Origin: a virus
IMG/VR virus record: IMGVR_UViG_3300024999_000042
DNA: 64,000 nucleotides
Strand: one strand, 5' to 3'
The position numbers were made by a program, and so were the translations under genes. The notes beneath the pieces are model-generated. The model worked only from the letters and a program-made list of their open reading frames with translations, searched no databases and was not told the origin of the DNA. Of the stretch, positions 1 through 10,434 are shown piece by piece. Every line of letters begins with the position of its first letter. Positions within the stretch are counted from its first letter, which is position 1.

Positions 1-311
1 GTAGAAACTTGATCTAAAAGCACAGCACTGTCTTTTTCTAAAAAATGATAATCTTTTTTAAATAATGAAGCGTGATAAGGATATTTTAACTTAGTAGTTT
101 CTCTCTCATAATAATTTTTTATATCAGAAATAGGACAAATGATAATTCTTCCTGATTTTGGATTATTTCTACTAATGATAATATATGGTCTCGCTTTTTG
201 CGACCTAATTTTAGGATCGCTGTCTTCAAAATCAAACCAATGAATACAACCCTTTTCAGTATGTTCTATTTGAATTTGAGTTGGTTCTTTAGGATATTTA
301 GGACATGCCAT
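1..311 (-). CDS. PemK/MazF-family endoribonuclease toxin (runs off window; not in ORF track)
   Basis: Manual translation from ATG 311: MACPKYPKE...KGCIHWFDF...KARPYIIISRNN...IIICPIS...KDSAVLLDQVS; RP-hhhS, CPIS and DSxxLxDQ motifs; TAATG overlap with upstream ORF. Confidence 0.8.
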   Translation of the reverse strand, partial: MACPKYPKEPTQIQIEHTEKGCIHWFDFEDSDPKIRSQKARPYIIISRNNPKSGRIIICPISDIKNYYERETTKLKYPYHASLFKKDYHFLEKDSAVLLDQVS

Positions 312-622
312 TATCTATTTCTCCTTCTAGAAGACATAATTCTAAAAATCTCTTTTTCATCTTCTGTTTCTTCGTAATTTTTGTCATTATATTCATAAGT
401 TTCTTGACGTTTTTTACTATCAAATATCATTTCAAAAAATGATGTAGATTTGTGTTTAATTATTGCTATGGGTGCTAAGGTTGTATGGTTTTCTATTACT
501 ACACTCATTTTATTCACCTTTCCTCTCCATAATTTTGTTTTTACTTTAGATTTTACTCTGGATTTGCCACATCTACATTTAATTTTGGAAGTTTTAGTTC
601 TCAATGTTTTAACTATCTTCAC
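311..622 (-). CDS. Hypothetical protein, candidate antitoxin (may start at ATG 508, MSVVIENH)
   Basis: Stop codon overlaps toxin start; SD AAGGTGA precedes ATG 508; acidic C-terminal patch. Confidence 0.5.
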   Translation of the reverse strand: MKIVKTLRTKTSKIKCRCGKSRVKSKVKTKLWRGKVNKMSVVIENHTTLAPIAIIKHKSTSFFEMIFDSKKRQETYEYNDKNYEETEDEKEIFRIMSSRRRNR

Positions 623-731
623 AACGCATTCCTCTTTCAGTGGATTATTCGATAATTAAATTATACCATATAAAGGAATTAAAGGGGATAGTAAAATCCC
701 CATAATATTCAAACTAATCTGATCCCAATAA

Positions 732-914
732 TCACAATCTCATCAAAATAAACATCAAACATTTCCTAACAAATCCCTTAACCAAACCATCCTTAACTAA
801 AACTTCCTCACCATAATTCCCATAATCATTTCCTTGTTTCTCAAACTCTTCTCCATAATAATCTTCATATTCCTCGTAATAATCTCTGCAAGGCATATAA
901 AATAACTTACCCAT
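732..914 (-). CDS. Small acidic Tyr/Glu-rich hypothetical protein
   Basis: ORF track; closely packed with neighbours. Confidence 0.5.
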   Translation of the reverse strand: MGKLFYMPCRDYYEEYEDYYGEEFEKQGNDYGNYGEEVLVKDGLVKGFVRKCLMFILMRL

Positions 915-916
915 AA

Positions 917-1090
917 TTATACCAACTCATTTGCTATGTATTCGTCACGTTTATCCTTATACTTCTTCCTAATCTCCCTCACCATCTTCCTACTAAAACC
1001 ACTACAACCTACTTTTATGTCCTTTACAACAACAAAACTATCCCTATTACCACAACCAAAATCTCTACCTCTCACAAATAATTCCATCAT
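917..1090 (-). CDS. 57-aa hypothetical protein (below ORF-track cutoff)
   Basis: MMELFVRGRDFGCG...IANELV*; ATGA overlap with stop of 1087..1458; GAGG SD. Confidence 0.55.
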   Translation of the reverse strand: MMELFVRGRDFGCGNRDSFVVVKDIKVGCSGFSRKMVREIRKKYKDKRDEYIANELV

Positions 1091-1458
1091 ATCCTCACAC
1101 GACTCTCAAACTCTTCAACCATCCAGTCTAAATCATATTTAGCTAATAAATTAATTTCTCTTAATTTACTAATCTCATTCTGCAATTCTAAATTAATCTC
1201 ATCACAATTATCACAATCACATTCAAACCAACTCATAGGATTATAAGTCGAGTAATAACTCCATTTGTAATCTCCTCTGCCAGTTTTCATATTATTGGAG
1301 AAAATATTGAGTTTTCCACCATAATTTCCATCAGTATCCTTAATACAATATATTTTAGTCATGTTATGTATCTCCTCTACTCTAATAATGTTAAGCAAGG
1401 AAATTAATTTATCAACCTTACTTAACATTATTATATAGTAGAGACACCTAGAAGTCAA
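1087..1458 (-). CDS. Hypothetical protein with CDCDNC motif (start probably downstream, e.g. MTKIYC)
   Basis: ORF track. Confidence 0.55.
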   Translation of the reverse strand: MTSRCLYYIIMLSKVDKLISLLNIIRVEEIHNMTKIYCIKDTDGNYGGKLNIFSNNMKTGRGDYKWSYYSTYNPMSWFECDCDNCDEINLELQNEISKLREINLLAKYDLDWMVEEFESRVRI

Positions 1459-1496
1459 TAGTTGAGTGAACTAATTTTCATCAACTGTATGACCCG

Positions 1497-1730
1497 TTAA
1501 TTATCATCCATACTATAAAGATGGAACTCAACTAAATCAGACAATGGGCATTGTAGAACTATCGAAAATCTTAAATACACACTAATCATCATATCGTCGG
1601 ATTTAAATATCTTATACATTCTAGATTTGCTGATGCCAACTTTATCCGCTATCCATAACTTTGTAGATCCATGTAGATGTTGATATTCATTCACCCTTTG
1701 TTCTATTTTGTTAATAATTTTATACTGCAC
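1497..1730 (-). CDS. Cro/CI-like XRE helix-turn-helix regulator
   Basis: WIADKVGISKSRMYKI HTH; C-terminal LQCPLSDLVEF typical of small XRE proteins. Confidence 0.8.
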   Translation of the reverse strand: MQYKIINKIEQRVNEYQHLHGSTKLWIADKVGISKSRMYKIFKSDDMMISVYLRFSIVLQCPLSDLVEFHLYSMDDN

Positions 1731-1879
1731 GATATCACTCCATTCCTATACTTACTATTGCCCATATAATACTATTATATAGTTTTATGAACAAAGTATC
1801 AACAATGCTATAAACTATCTATCAACATCTTAATAATATCATACTCACATAAACAATGTCAATTAATTTTATTTATTAC

Positions 1880-1908
1880 TTTACAAATTCAACTTCTTCC
1901 TATATAAT
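1880..1908 (+). promoter_or_regulatory. SigA-type promoter for BRO gene (divergent from HTH gene)
   Basis: TTTACA-17-TATAAT; opposing TTGACA at 1857-1862 on minus strand. Confidence 0.6.
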
Positions 1909-2129
1909 GATGAAGGTGATACAAATAAAAAATACAATAAAGAAAGGAAGTGATAAATATTATTCGAGATGGGCCTTGGGATATAGATACATAAAGTATA
2001 CAACAATACAGAAAGGAGAGGGCAAGGTTGGTACTACCTTAAAGGAGTACAAAATTTTAGCATCCATTGCAAGTACAAAATATCAGAGAATACAAAAATA
2101 ATTAATTAAAAGAAAGAGGTAATTAAAAC

Positions 2130-2936
2130 ATGACAACAACAATGACAACTGAATTACAAGTATTTACTAGTGAATTATTTGGTCAATTAAGAGTAACGCA
2201 AATAGATGGTAAACCATACACAGTAGCTAACGATGTCTTAAAAGCTTTAGGTTATTCAGAAGGAGGTTGGAGAACTACATTATCAAGAAAATGTAAAGGC
2301 GTTACAAAGTGTAACGGATTAAAAGTTAATGGAATTGAAGTAAATCTTATTCCAGAAGGCGACATTTATAGACTTATAGCAGGAAGCAAACTACCTCAAG
2401 CTGAAAAGTTCGAATCTTGGGTATTTGATACTGTAATTCCAACAATTCTTAAAACAGGAGGATTTATTGCTAATCCAGAAATAATGATCAATACATATTT
2501 TAATACTCTAGATGATAATCATAAACAATTATTACTAGGAGTATTTCAAAATGTAAAAGAACAACAAAAGATAATCACAGAACAAAAACAAGAAATAGAT
2601 CATCAATCCAATGTAATTTCTGGTTTAGTTGAAGATATACCTCTTGCATCAAAAAGACAAATCCTTAATCGTGTGGTTATGAAATGCAGTAATTTTAATG
2701 ATAGATGGAAGGAATTATATTTTAATTTTGAACAAAAATACCATCTTAAAATAAATGCTAGAATGGAATCTTACAATAAAACTCATAAATCTAAATTAAG
2801 AAGCAAATTAGAATATATTGAGGAAATTGGTATGATAGATGAGTTATTTGCCATTGCTTGTAAATTGTATGAAAACGAGGTGAATGTATTAGTACAAGAA
2901 ATGTATAAATTACATGAAGTTGAGTTTGTGCAATAA
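2130..2936 (+). CDS. BRO-N domain phage antirepressor
   Basis: FTSELFGQLRV...LIPEGDIYRLIAGSKLPQAEKFESWVFDTVIPTILKTGGF. Confidence 0.9.
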   Translation: MTTTMTTELQVFTSELFGQLRVTQIDGKPYTVANDVLKALGYSEGGWRTTLSRKCKGVTKCNGLKVNGIEVNLIPEGDIYRLIAGSKLPQAEKFESWVFDTVIPTILKTGGFIANPEIMINTYFNTLDDNHKQLLLGVFQNVKEQQKIITEQKQEIDHQSNVISGLVEDIPLASKRQILNRVVMKCSNFNDRWKELYFNFEQKYHLKINARMESYNKTHKSKLRSKLEYIEEIGMIDELFAIACKLYENEVNVLVQEMYKLHEVEFVQ

Positions 2937-2953
2937 GAAATAAATATAATACT

Positions 2954-2989
2954 AAAGAGACTCTATTCCAACTAGAGTCTCTTTTCTTT
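2954..2989 (+). terminator. Intrinsic terminator
   Basis: AAAGAGACTCTA-ttccaac-TAGAGTCTCTTT followed by T tract. Confidence 0.85.
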
Positions 2990-3190
2990 AATAAAACTCA
3001 TTCTAATCCCTTAAACAATTCCGACCCATACAATCATACCAACTAACAATTAAAACACAACACAAGCAATCCTCACGCTTGTTAATCAATATCACAACAC
3101 AATCATAATATATCCTATAGTAAGATTAAATATCAAAAAGACCCCATATCACAGAGGTCTTAAACACAACCAACAAAACAATTATCACAA

Positions 3191-4165
3191 TTATTGTAAT
3201 CTATTTAATACCAAATCTCCATTAGAATTCCATCTTACAAATTTTAACTTCGTATTATCAACAACTATATCACTTGTTATAATTGTACTAGTATTTGTCC
3301 ATTCACTGAAAGTATAATTATAATACCTGATTTCTTGAATTTTGATTCTAGTTGGACTGCTAAATGTGTAATTTGATTCATATTTCAAACTAGGTTCAAA
3401 ATTAGGTAAATAATATATATGTTCCACTGTACCATCATTGAAAAATTCAAATGATGTCCTTTTAGTATCAGTCATCCATTTTCCTAAAACCAATCTTTGA
3501 GTATCTTGAATTGTAGGTTCTGGATTTACAACTGTAACATTAGCAATTGCTTTAATAGTAGTTGATTCAGCAATTCTACCACTTACAGTAAATGTACCTA
3601 CAGAATCATATTGACTAGTTAATGGAGTAACCCAAGTAACATTAACATTTTTTGTTGTTCTATTACTCATTGTTGCTACAACTTGATTAGGTAGTATAGG
3701 AGCTGTCCCTGCTGTAGTAGTTACGCTAACAGTTGCAATAGAAGTGATAGTAGGAATTGGAGCAGTTTTTACAGTTACAATACATTTAGCTGTTTTCTTA
3801 CCATCTACTGTAGTTGCTGTGATAGTTGCTTTACCTGCTTTAATTCCAGTTATTAATCCTTCTGAGTTAATTGTAGCTATTTTAGTATTGCTTGATTTCC
3901 AAGTAACTGACTGATTTGTTGCATTTGAAGGGGATATAGTAGGAATAAGTGTTGTGGTTGAACTTGTGTTTAAGGTTATTGTTTTGCAATTTAGTGTTAC
4001 TTTTGTTGGTTTTATTGATGTAGTTGATAGAAGGGATTGTTGTGATATTTGTTGATTTGGGTTTAAACTAGCCTCTGATGCTAATGTAGGTGTTGTTAGG
4101 ATAGGGGTAAGTAATAAGGACAGGGATAATGTGATTGTGGAAATTGTGGTTAATAGTTTTTTCAT
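3191..4165 (-). CDS. Secreted protein with bacterial Ig-like domains (Big_2 and Big_4 type)
   Basis: Signal peptide MKKLLTTIST...LA; PSNATNQSVTWKSSNTKIATI...GKATITATTVDGKKTAKCIVTV; TAPILPNQVVAT...GTFTVSG. Confidence 0.85.
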   Translation of the reverse strand: MKKLLTTISTITLSLSLLLTPILTTPTLASEASLNPNQQISQQSLLSTTSIKPTKVTLNCKTITLNTSSTTTLIPTISPSNATNQSVTWKSSNTKIATINSEGLITGIKAGKATITATTVDGKKTAKCIVTVKTAPIPTITSIATVSVTTTAGTAPILPNQVVATMSNRTTKNVNVTWVTPLTSQYDSVGTFTVSGRIAESTTIKAIANVTVVNPEPTIQDTQRLVLGKWMTDTKRTSFEFFNDGTVEHIYYLPNFEPSLKYESNYTFSSPTRIKIQEIRYYNYTFSEWTNTSTIITSDIVVDNTKLKFVRWNSNGDLVLNRLQ

Positions 4166-4324
4166 ATATGTTTCCTCCATTTACTTTTAATTACTTATCT
4201 GTAAGTAGTATATATGAAAAAGGAGTAAAATACAATGAATTTAATATGATTTGTTTCGACAAATAATTATTTATTGGTTTGATGTTGTTTGATTAGAGAT
4301 GATAATTTAACAAAGTAAAAAATA

Positions 4325-5098
4325 TCAACGCTTTTTAAGATTTAATAAAGAAATAATAAACTCTTTACCATTTTCAGTAATTAGTATTTGATTATATTTA
4401 TAACCTTGTTGATTTATATTTTCTTTTCCGTTAATAAAATAACCATCACTTATATATTTTTCGTTTATGTAAAATGAATTATTTTCATGTTTGAATATAT
4501 TCTTAAATTCTAAAACCTTATATAGTCCACTTCTAGAAAAATCTATTATATATCCATCTGCTATCAATTCTTCCACTATTGACACACAATTTAACATTGT
4601 ATTTAACTTCTTTTTCTTAGGAGTAGTATTTACGACAACAGTAGATTTAATATTTATTTTTGCTTTAGGTTTTAATTCTTTAGGTTTCTTATTTGGTAAA
4701 ACCCCATTAAACGCTATTAATCTTTTTAAGTATATTGAATCAACTTTAGCACTTAAAATAACTCTTGCTCCACTCAACACTTTTTCAACCGTATTTTCAA
4801 TGTTATAACCGTTTGTTATGGAATTATATTTATTAATATATGTACCTTCTACATATATTAATTGCATTGTTGTTTTGTATTGTGTTTGTTGATTTTTTAC
4901 CTCTTCTACTATATCAAATGTAAAATTATTTTTACCGTAAGTATTCCAATCTCTTTGGAGTTTATAACTGTGGTGTTTATTGCTACTTAAATCTTCTATA
5001 TGCACTTCCCATCGTTTTTCTATATCGTTACTCTCTCCCATATACACTTTCCCATTTGCTTTACATTCAATTTTATAAATTCCTCTTGTCTTTTCCAT
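4325..5098 (-). CDS. GIY-YIG endonuclease with C-terminal antirepressor-like winged-helix domain
   Basis: GIYKI...VYMGES..IEKRW..H; HHSYKLQRDWNTYG; C-terminal ILITENGKEFI. Confidence 0.85.
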   Translation of the reverse strand: MEKTRGIYKIECKANGKVYMGESNDIEKRWEVHIEDLSSNKHHSYKLQRDWNTYGKNNFTFDIVEEVKNQQTQYKTTMQLIYVEGTYINKYNSITNGYNIENTVEKVLSGARVILSAKVDSIYLKRLIAFNGVLPNKKPKELKPKAKINIKSTVVVNTTPKKKKLNTMLNCVSIVEELIADGYIIDFSRSGLYKVLEFKNIFKHENNSFYINEKYISDGYFINGKENINQQGYKYNQILITENGKEFIISLLNLKKR

Positions 5099-5372
5099 TT
5101 TTACACGTCCTTTTCTTTTTTTTTATTATTTTTGTTCTATATTTTTGTCCTTTTAGTAATATAAAAAACTAAATGGCAAAGGAAAGGACACCTTCTTTTT
5201 AATGGATGATCAGTCCATTAAGCCATTTAGTTAAAATTATCAAATCTGATGTAAAATATTAGAATCGTCAAGGTTGGGTGATTCTCTCAAAGTGTTGCTA
5301 TATAAGCATATTTCCAAATATCAATAATCATATCAAAAGTTAGTTTTCTGGGATTGAGATAAGATGCACTTA

Positions 5373-6389
5373 TTAACTAAATGCATCTTCAACATCGTCT
5401 GAATTATCTCTAATCACATAAATCTCACTAGTTGCCGAGCTGACATGGCCTAGTAAAGCCTGCACAGATTTTATATTTTTCCCTTCATGAATTACAAGGT
5501 TCGTAGCCCGTTGTTCTCTTAGTTGGTGAGGATGTACTCTTCTATTTATAACTTTGCTAAAATCATCCTTGCACCAATCATTAAATAATCCTTCTCCTGC
5601 TTGCTGATATTTTCCATCTCTCTTAATTGCGAACACATAAGGGCAATCATCATTTCCTCTAACTTCTAACCACTTATTAATTGCATCTAAAGCCTCTTTG
5701 GAGAATTGTAATTTTCTAATTTTACCAATAACTCCTTTACCTTTACAGCGAATCTCAGACGTAGTATAAAATGTAATTGTATTTATTTCTTCTGTTCCAT
5801 CTTCATTTTTAATAATCTTTTCCTTAATTATAGGAGGATAATCAACTACTTCTTTAAGTAACTGTCTCGACTCTGCTCTTCTACAGCCTGTCGAATAAGT
5901 AAAATGTAAATATGCCAATTTTTGCCATTGTTCACGGTCTTCAAGATTTTTCAAAAGTAATTCCCATTCTTCTGCATTCATTGGTTGTTTTACATGTAAG
6001 TCATTAGACGGAGGTGCTGTTATTTTCTTAGTTATGAAGTTTTTGAAGGTAGGATGTTCATCTTCGTAATATGTAATTATATATCCATTTAGAGAACTGA
6101 TTGCTGCACGTTTTAATCTAACTCCTGAAGATGACATGCCCCTTCTTACAAGGAAATTTTGATATTTTAGAAAATCTCTGCTTTTAATTTCTAATAGAGA
6201 TTTATCATCACAATGCTCATAAACCCAAAAAAAGAAAATCCTGAGCGCGGAAAAATATTGACGAAGTGTTTTTGGACTAAGTGAAGTTGATTCTTCTAGA
6301 AATTCTGTAGTGATTGTTCTATTAAATTTATTAAGTTTTTGCCATTGTTCTTCTGTAACCGTAGGGAGTTTGTCTGCAATTTCTGCCAT
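5373..6389 (-). CDS. Tyrosine recombinase (SPbeta YomM-like position)
   Basis: STGCRRAE (R), KGKG (K), HPHQLR (HxxR), LLGHVS, EIY (Y); SD-supported start at MAEIADK. Confidence 0.93.
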   Translation of the reverse strand: MAEIADKLPTVTEEQWQKLNKFNRTITTEFLEESTSLSPKTLRQYFSALRIFFFWVYEHCDDKSLLEIKSRDFLKYQNFLVRRGMSSSGVRLKRAAISSLNGYIITYYEDEHPTFKNFITKKITAPPSNDLHVKQPMNAEEWELLLKNLEDREQWQKLAYLHFTYSTGCRRAESRQLLKEVVDYPPIIKEKIIKNEDGTEEINTITFYTTSEIRCKGKGVIGKIRKLQFSKEALDAINKWLEVRGNDDCPYVFAIKRDGKYQQAGEGLFNDWCKDDFSKVINRRVHPHQLREQRATNLVIHEGKNIKSVQALLGHVSSATSEIYVIRDNSDDVEDAFS

Positions 6390-6454
6390 TGGTTTATAGT
6401 CACTTCCTTTATTTATATATTTATTTATATATTTATTACTAATTAAATATTTTA

Positions 6455-8334
6455 TTATAAGTATTCCCAAACCATCTTTTCGCCTGTTTCTGGATATTTA
6501 CCTGCTGATTTCTTTCTATTACTAGGGGTACAACATTCTGTAATATTAGATTTTTTGATTCCATATTTCATTGAAGCTTCAGAAATGCTATTAAAAATTT
6601 CATTAGTTGTTACACATCTTATTTTTCTTCCACGAGGATTTAGTGATTTATTTATTCTATCTTCAATTTCATTCTCAGTTTTTGTAATATATTCATTATA
6701 ATACATCCAAACCAATGGCTCATTAGTCTTAGGATTTTTCCTGCAGACATAAGTTTATTTTTACAACAAGAAGATATTCCAGATGGATTAGTATTGTATT
6801 TTTGTGATGCATCTGAGTTATTATTAAAAACTTCTTTAGTTGTCAAACATATTATTTTCTTATCTTGACCATTGCTTAATATATTTTTAATTTGTTCTTC
6901 TGTTTTTAAAATAAATTCGTCATAAAACATCCATACCATAACTTGACCGTTATCTGGGTGTTTACCTGCTGATTTGTTTTCCTTTTTACGACAACATGCA
7001 GATATACTTGTTTTTTCAATATTATATATACTACTAGAATCTAAAATACTATCAAAAATTTCATTTGTTGTTAAACATACCACTTTTTTATGTTGATATT
7101 CTTTGTTTTTCATTGCTTTTTTGCCATTATAATCACACCAACTCAATGTAACTCCTTGTTTCAAATATCTGATCACCGTAGTTCTATCAACTTTTAATTG
7201 AATAGCTATTTTTAATGTTTCATTTATACCACTATTCCATAAATCGCAAACCACTTTAACTAGACTTTTACAAGCATATCCATGACACTTTAACCAGTTA
7301 ATATCTGATTCTTTGAAATTCAGTAATTTAGGTAATTCTGATATTAATATATTATTTTTTATTAAATTTAATTCTGACTTACTACAATCAATTCTGATAA
7401 CTTTAATGTCATGTTCTCTACACAATCTATCTTTTTCATTGTCAATAAATTTACTCTCTTCTTTTGTTTGTCCACTCATATTATTATCTTTCAAATGGAA
7501 TGACCCATCCATTTCAATACCATATTCTTTACCATTTAATACAAAATAACCATCTAAACGTCCTTTGCTTAATTTCCCTTTAAACTCATATACCAACCAA
7601 TCAAATGTTTTTTCTGTTTCAAAGTCTTTAATCTTTTTCAAATGCATTATTTGTTTTAAAAACCCAAACATAAATTTGTTCGGATAACTCATTCCATCTG
7701 AACATTGACACCCTAACCCTTTAGTTAACCAATCGTAAATATTTTTTTCTTTTTCACATCCACATTCAGGGCGTCTTAGAAGAATCTTTTTACGAGAACC
7801 TATGGAATATTTTAACCCGTCTTCTTTGTTCACTAAATAATTTAATTTATGTGGATGAGTTATTGATATTGAATTACATTGATGACAATTAATATTAGAT
7901 TGTTTTCCACTTGTAAATGTATTAATATTTTTTTGTTCAGAAATATGTTCTTGGTGTTTTAAACATTTAAACCAACATAATTTATTTGAACCATGACTTA
8001 TATCTTTAGGACTAATAGGATTACCATCTCTATCTATATTTTTTTCATAATCCCATCGTGCTAATATTCTATCTGTTTCTTCTTTAGATAAATTTAAGTA
8101 GCACCATTCAAAGAAAGATATCCATTTTTTATATCCTGCTTTTGCACAATTAATACAGTAGTACCTTCCGTCTTCTTTTACACACTTTTTATAATCTACC
8201 CATTTTACATTCGTTAATTTTTTGTCACACGCATCGCACTTAATTTCTACATTTGCCTTTGAATTAGCATCTAAATCTTCTACTTTTACTACTTCACCAT
8301 TTTTGCGTGTAATTTCTTTTGTTATTAAACCCAT
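6455..8334 (-). pseudogene. Zinc-ribbon / PD-(D/E)xK-like homing endonuclease with three NUMOD1-like repeats, split by a 1-nt frameshift near 6735
   Basis: CxxC motifs, LDGYF...GIEMDG.FH, repeats (KVVCLTTNEIFDSI..., KIICLTTKEVF..., KIRCVTTNEIFNSI...); frame -1 continues SAGK-NPKTNEPLVWMYY. Confidence 0.75.
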
Positions 8335-8335
8335 A

Positions 8336-8938
8336 TTAAACCACCACAACTTTAGATAATTCTTTAAATTTACTACAAACTAAACCTACAATTTCATCTT
8401 GAATTCTTCCTTCAACTGCTTTATTTAAAATACTACAATTATTTTTATATCGTTTACATCCGATGCAATTAGATTTAAATTCTTCTAATTGATTGACTGT
8501 AGGAAATATTCCTACATAGTCAACAGGATAAATGGTGATATCTATATGTGAATTTTTAGAATCATAATAGATGCCATTCACTCGTTCGCATGTTGTATTG
8601 TCGTCTAACCATATTAATTGTGTCTCAGTAATTGAATCCAAAAGCAATTTGAAATAATTGTTTGCATCTTTATCAATTCTGTCAAAATAAAAAACGCAGT
8701 CAACGTAAAAATGCTGTGTCTTATTAGGTGTTAAATTCCATCCTTGAATATTTACTTCATCTTTTATATATTTTATAAAATCTTTCTTATACTTCTTTGC
8801 TTCTGCAGTTTCATATAAAGTTGACATTGCTTTTGGCTTACCTCCAACATATGTAATAAAACTCCTGATTTTTATGTAGTGATTTACGCTGACAGGGATA
8901 GGGGATACTAATTTTAAAATATTATTAATATTAAACAC
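8336..8938 (-). CDS. RusA-like Holliday junction resolvase (YomO-like position)
   Basis: PIPVSVNHY, DKDANNYFKLLLDSI, WLDD; C-terminal CxxC...C...C. Confidence 0.8.
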   Translation of the reverse strand: MFNINNILKLVSPIPVSVNHYIKIRSFITYVGGKPKAMSTLYETAEAKKYKKDFIKYIKDEVNIQGWNLTPNKTQHFYVDCVFYFDRIDKDANNYFKLLLDSITETQLIWLDDNTTCERVNGIYYDSKNSHIDITIYPVDYVGIFPTVNQLEEFKSNCIGCKRYKNNCSILNKAVEGRIQDEIVGLVCSKFKELSKVVVV

Positions 8939-9140
8939 CTTCCTTTATTTTTAATTGAATTCCTTTATATGTACGCTTTAATTTACCTTCCTCTGATAAA
9001 TTCACATGAAATTTGCTATATGGTTTTTCTTTGCTATCTTAATTCACTCCATATCAAAACAAAGGCACAACCAAATATCTGATTATGCCTTTGTTATAAT
9101 TTATTTATTTATTACTATAAACAACTAATAAATCTATATA

Positions 9141-10007
9141 CTATCTCAACTTCTTAATTACACTCTCATCAATAGCAATTCTCTTAGCCTTCTTCAACTC
9201 TTTAATAGATTTCTCTGCCCTAACTGGTTCAACTTTATTAGGATATTCCTTAACTAAATCTCTATAAATTTCTCTCCAAGTATATCCTTTCTTACACATC
9301 CAATGTATCTCATCTTCTACTTCTCTAATTATGGATAAATCTTGAGTTGATAGAAAATCTCTAAGATTGTCTTGCTGTTTCAAATCCAAGTATTCTTTTA
9401 TTTCTTTTGCGTACATGCCAAACAAAATATCATATGTTAAATTTGTCAAAGAGGCATATGTGCTTCTATTATTAGGCAATTCTCCATTTTGTATAAAAGT
9501 TGATATTGAAGATGTTTCTCTATTTCTTCTAATAGTCCCATCTTTTCTAACAACTAATTGTTCTAACTCTTTTTGAGTGAGATATATTATTGATTCTTGA
9601 GATCCTTTCAATTTAAAATAATCTCTAACAACTATTTTGTATTGTTTCATTGCCAATTCTGAATCAAGTAATTTCAGTAAAGTTGTATATCCTTGTTGGG
9701 ATAAAAGGTATATATTTTTAGAATTAGCTATAGATTGCTTATTAAATCCCAATTCTAAAAGTGAGTCGTTTGAACCGACCGACTTTTTCAAATCAATATA
9801 ATCAATTCCAAATTTAAAATATCCATTATTTAGATTCTTATTTATTAATTCGTTTACATGTTTTAATTGCTTATCATGAATAATTGCAACTGTCTTTGCT
9901 AACATAACTTTTTGATTATCACTAAATCCACCATAAATATTAGGAATATCTACACCACAAACTTTTGTCTTGCCTTTAATCATTAACACATTATTGTTTT
10001 CCATCAT
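9141..10007 (-). CDS. ORF6N-domain antirepressor-like DNA-binding protein
   Basis: IYGGF...KVMLAKTVAIIH..LKHVNELIN...GIDYIDLK...NIYLLSQQGY..LLKLLD. Confidence 0.75.
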   Translation of the reverse strand: MMENNNVLMIKGKTKVCGVDIPNIYGGFSDNQKVMLAKTVAIIHDKQLKHVNELINKNLNNGYFKFGIDYIDLKKSVGSNDSLLELGFNKQSIANSKNIYLLSQQGYTTLLKLLDSELAMKQYKIVVRDYFKLKGSQESIIYLTQKELEQLVVRKDGTIRRNRETSSISTFIQNGELPNNRSTYASLTNLTYDILFGMYAKEIKEYLDLKQQDNLRDFLSTQDLSIIREVEDEIHWMCKKGYTWREIYRDLVKEYPNKVEPVRAEKSIKELKKAKRIAIDESVIKKLR

Positions 10008-10045
10008 TATATTATTCCTTCTTTCATATTTATTTTTCACCAATA

Positions 10046-10249
10046 TTATCTCTTCCTTGTACACCATTCCTCGTATGCTTTTGTGCTATCATCCCAACCA
10101 AATTTTATCCAAGTTCGATGAGTTATTGAATTAATCCCTATTTCCAAAGGACAAATTCCCTTTGATAAGTAGAAATTCGCTTGTAGCATATTGTATAGAT
10201 ATGTTACTTTTTCTTTTGTTGGGCTTGTTTCTTCTGTAGAGTTATTCAT
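10046..10249 (-). CDS. Small conserved phage protein (DUF5659-like), paralogue of 31275..31478
   Basis: YLYNMLQANFYLSKG...TWIKFG...YEEWCTRKR. Confidence 0.7.
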   Translation of the reverse strand: MNNSTEETSPTKEKVTYLYNMLQANFYLSKGICPLEIGINSITHRTWIKFGWDDSTKAYEEWCTRKR

Positions 10250-10434
10250 ACGTAGTTCCTCCTTTCATTTTTATTTGTATCTACTTTGAGACACATCAAA
10301 AAGACAAATCAATTAAGATTTGCCCTTTAATCAATCACAAAATATTAAATTCTTACAAAATTATTAAAACTAAAATCCTTACTACAAGCAACTTTACAGA
10401 TTCATAAATTAGTTTAAAATGCGGAATTTATTGG

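Noticed and set aside
1856-2101. 81-aa plus-strand ORF upstream of BRO
   Set aside because: Overlaps the promoter elements and has no SD at its start; the internal SD-like sites lead only to micro-ORFs that I cannot support
5373-6389. Tyrosine recombinase as the prophage integrase marking an att site
   Set aside because: It sits inside the late module as YomM does in SPbeta, phage-type genes continue on both sides, and no att repeat was seen
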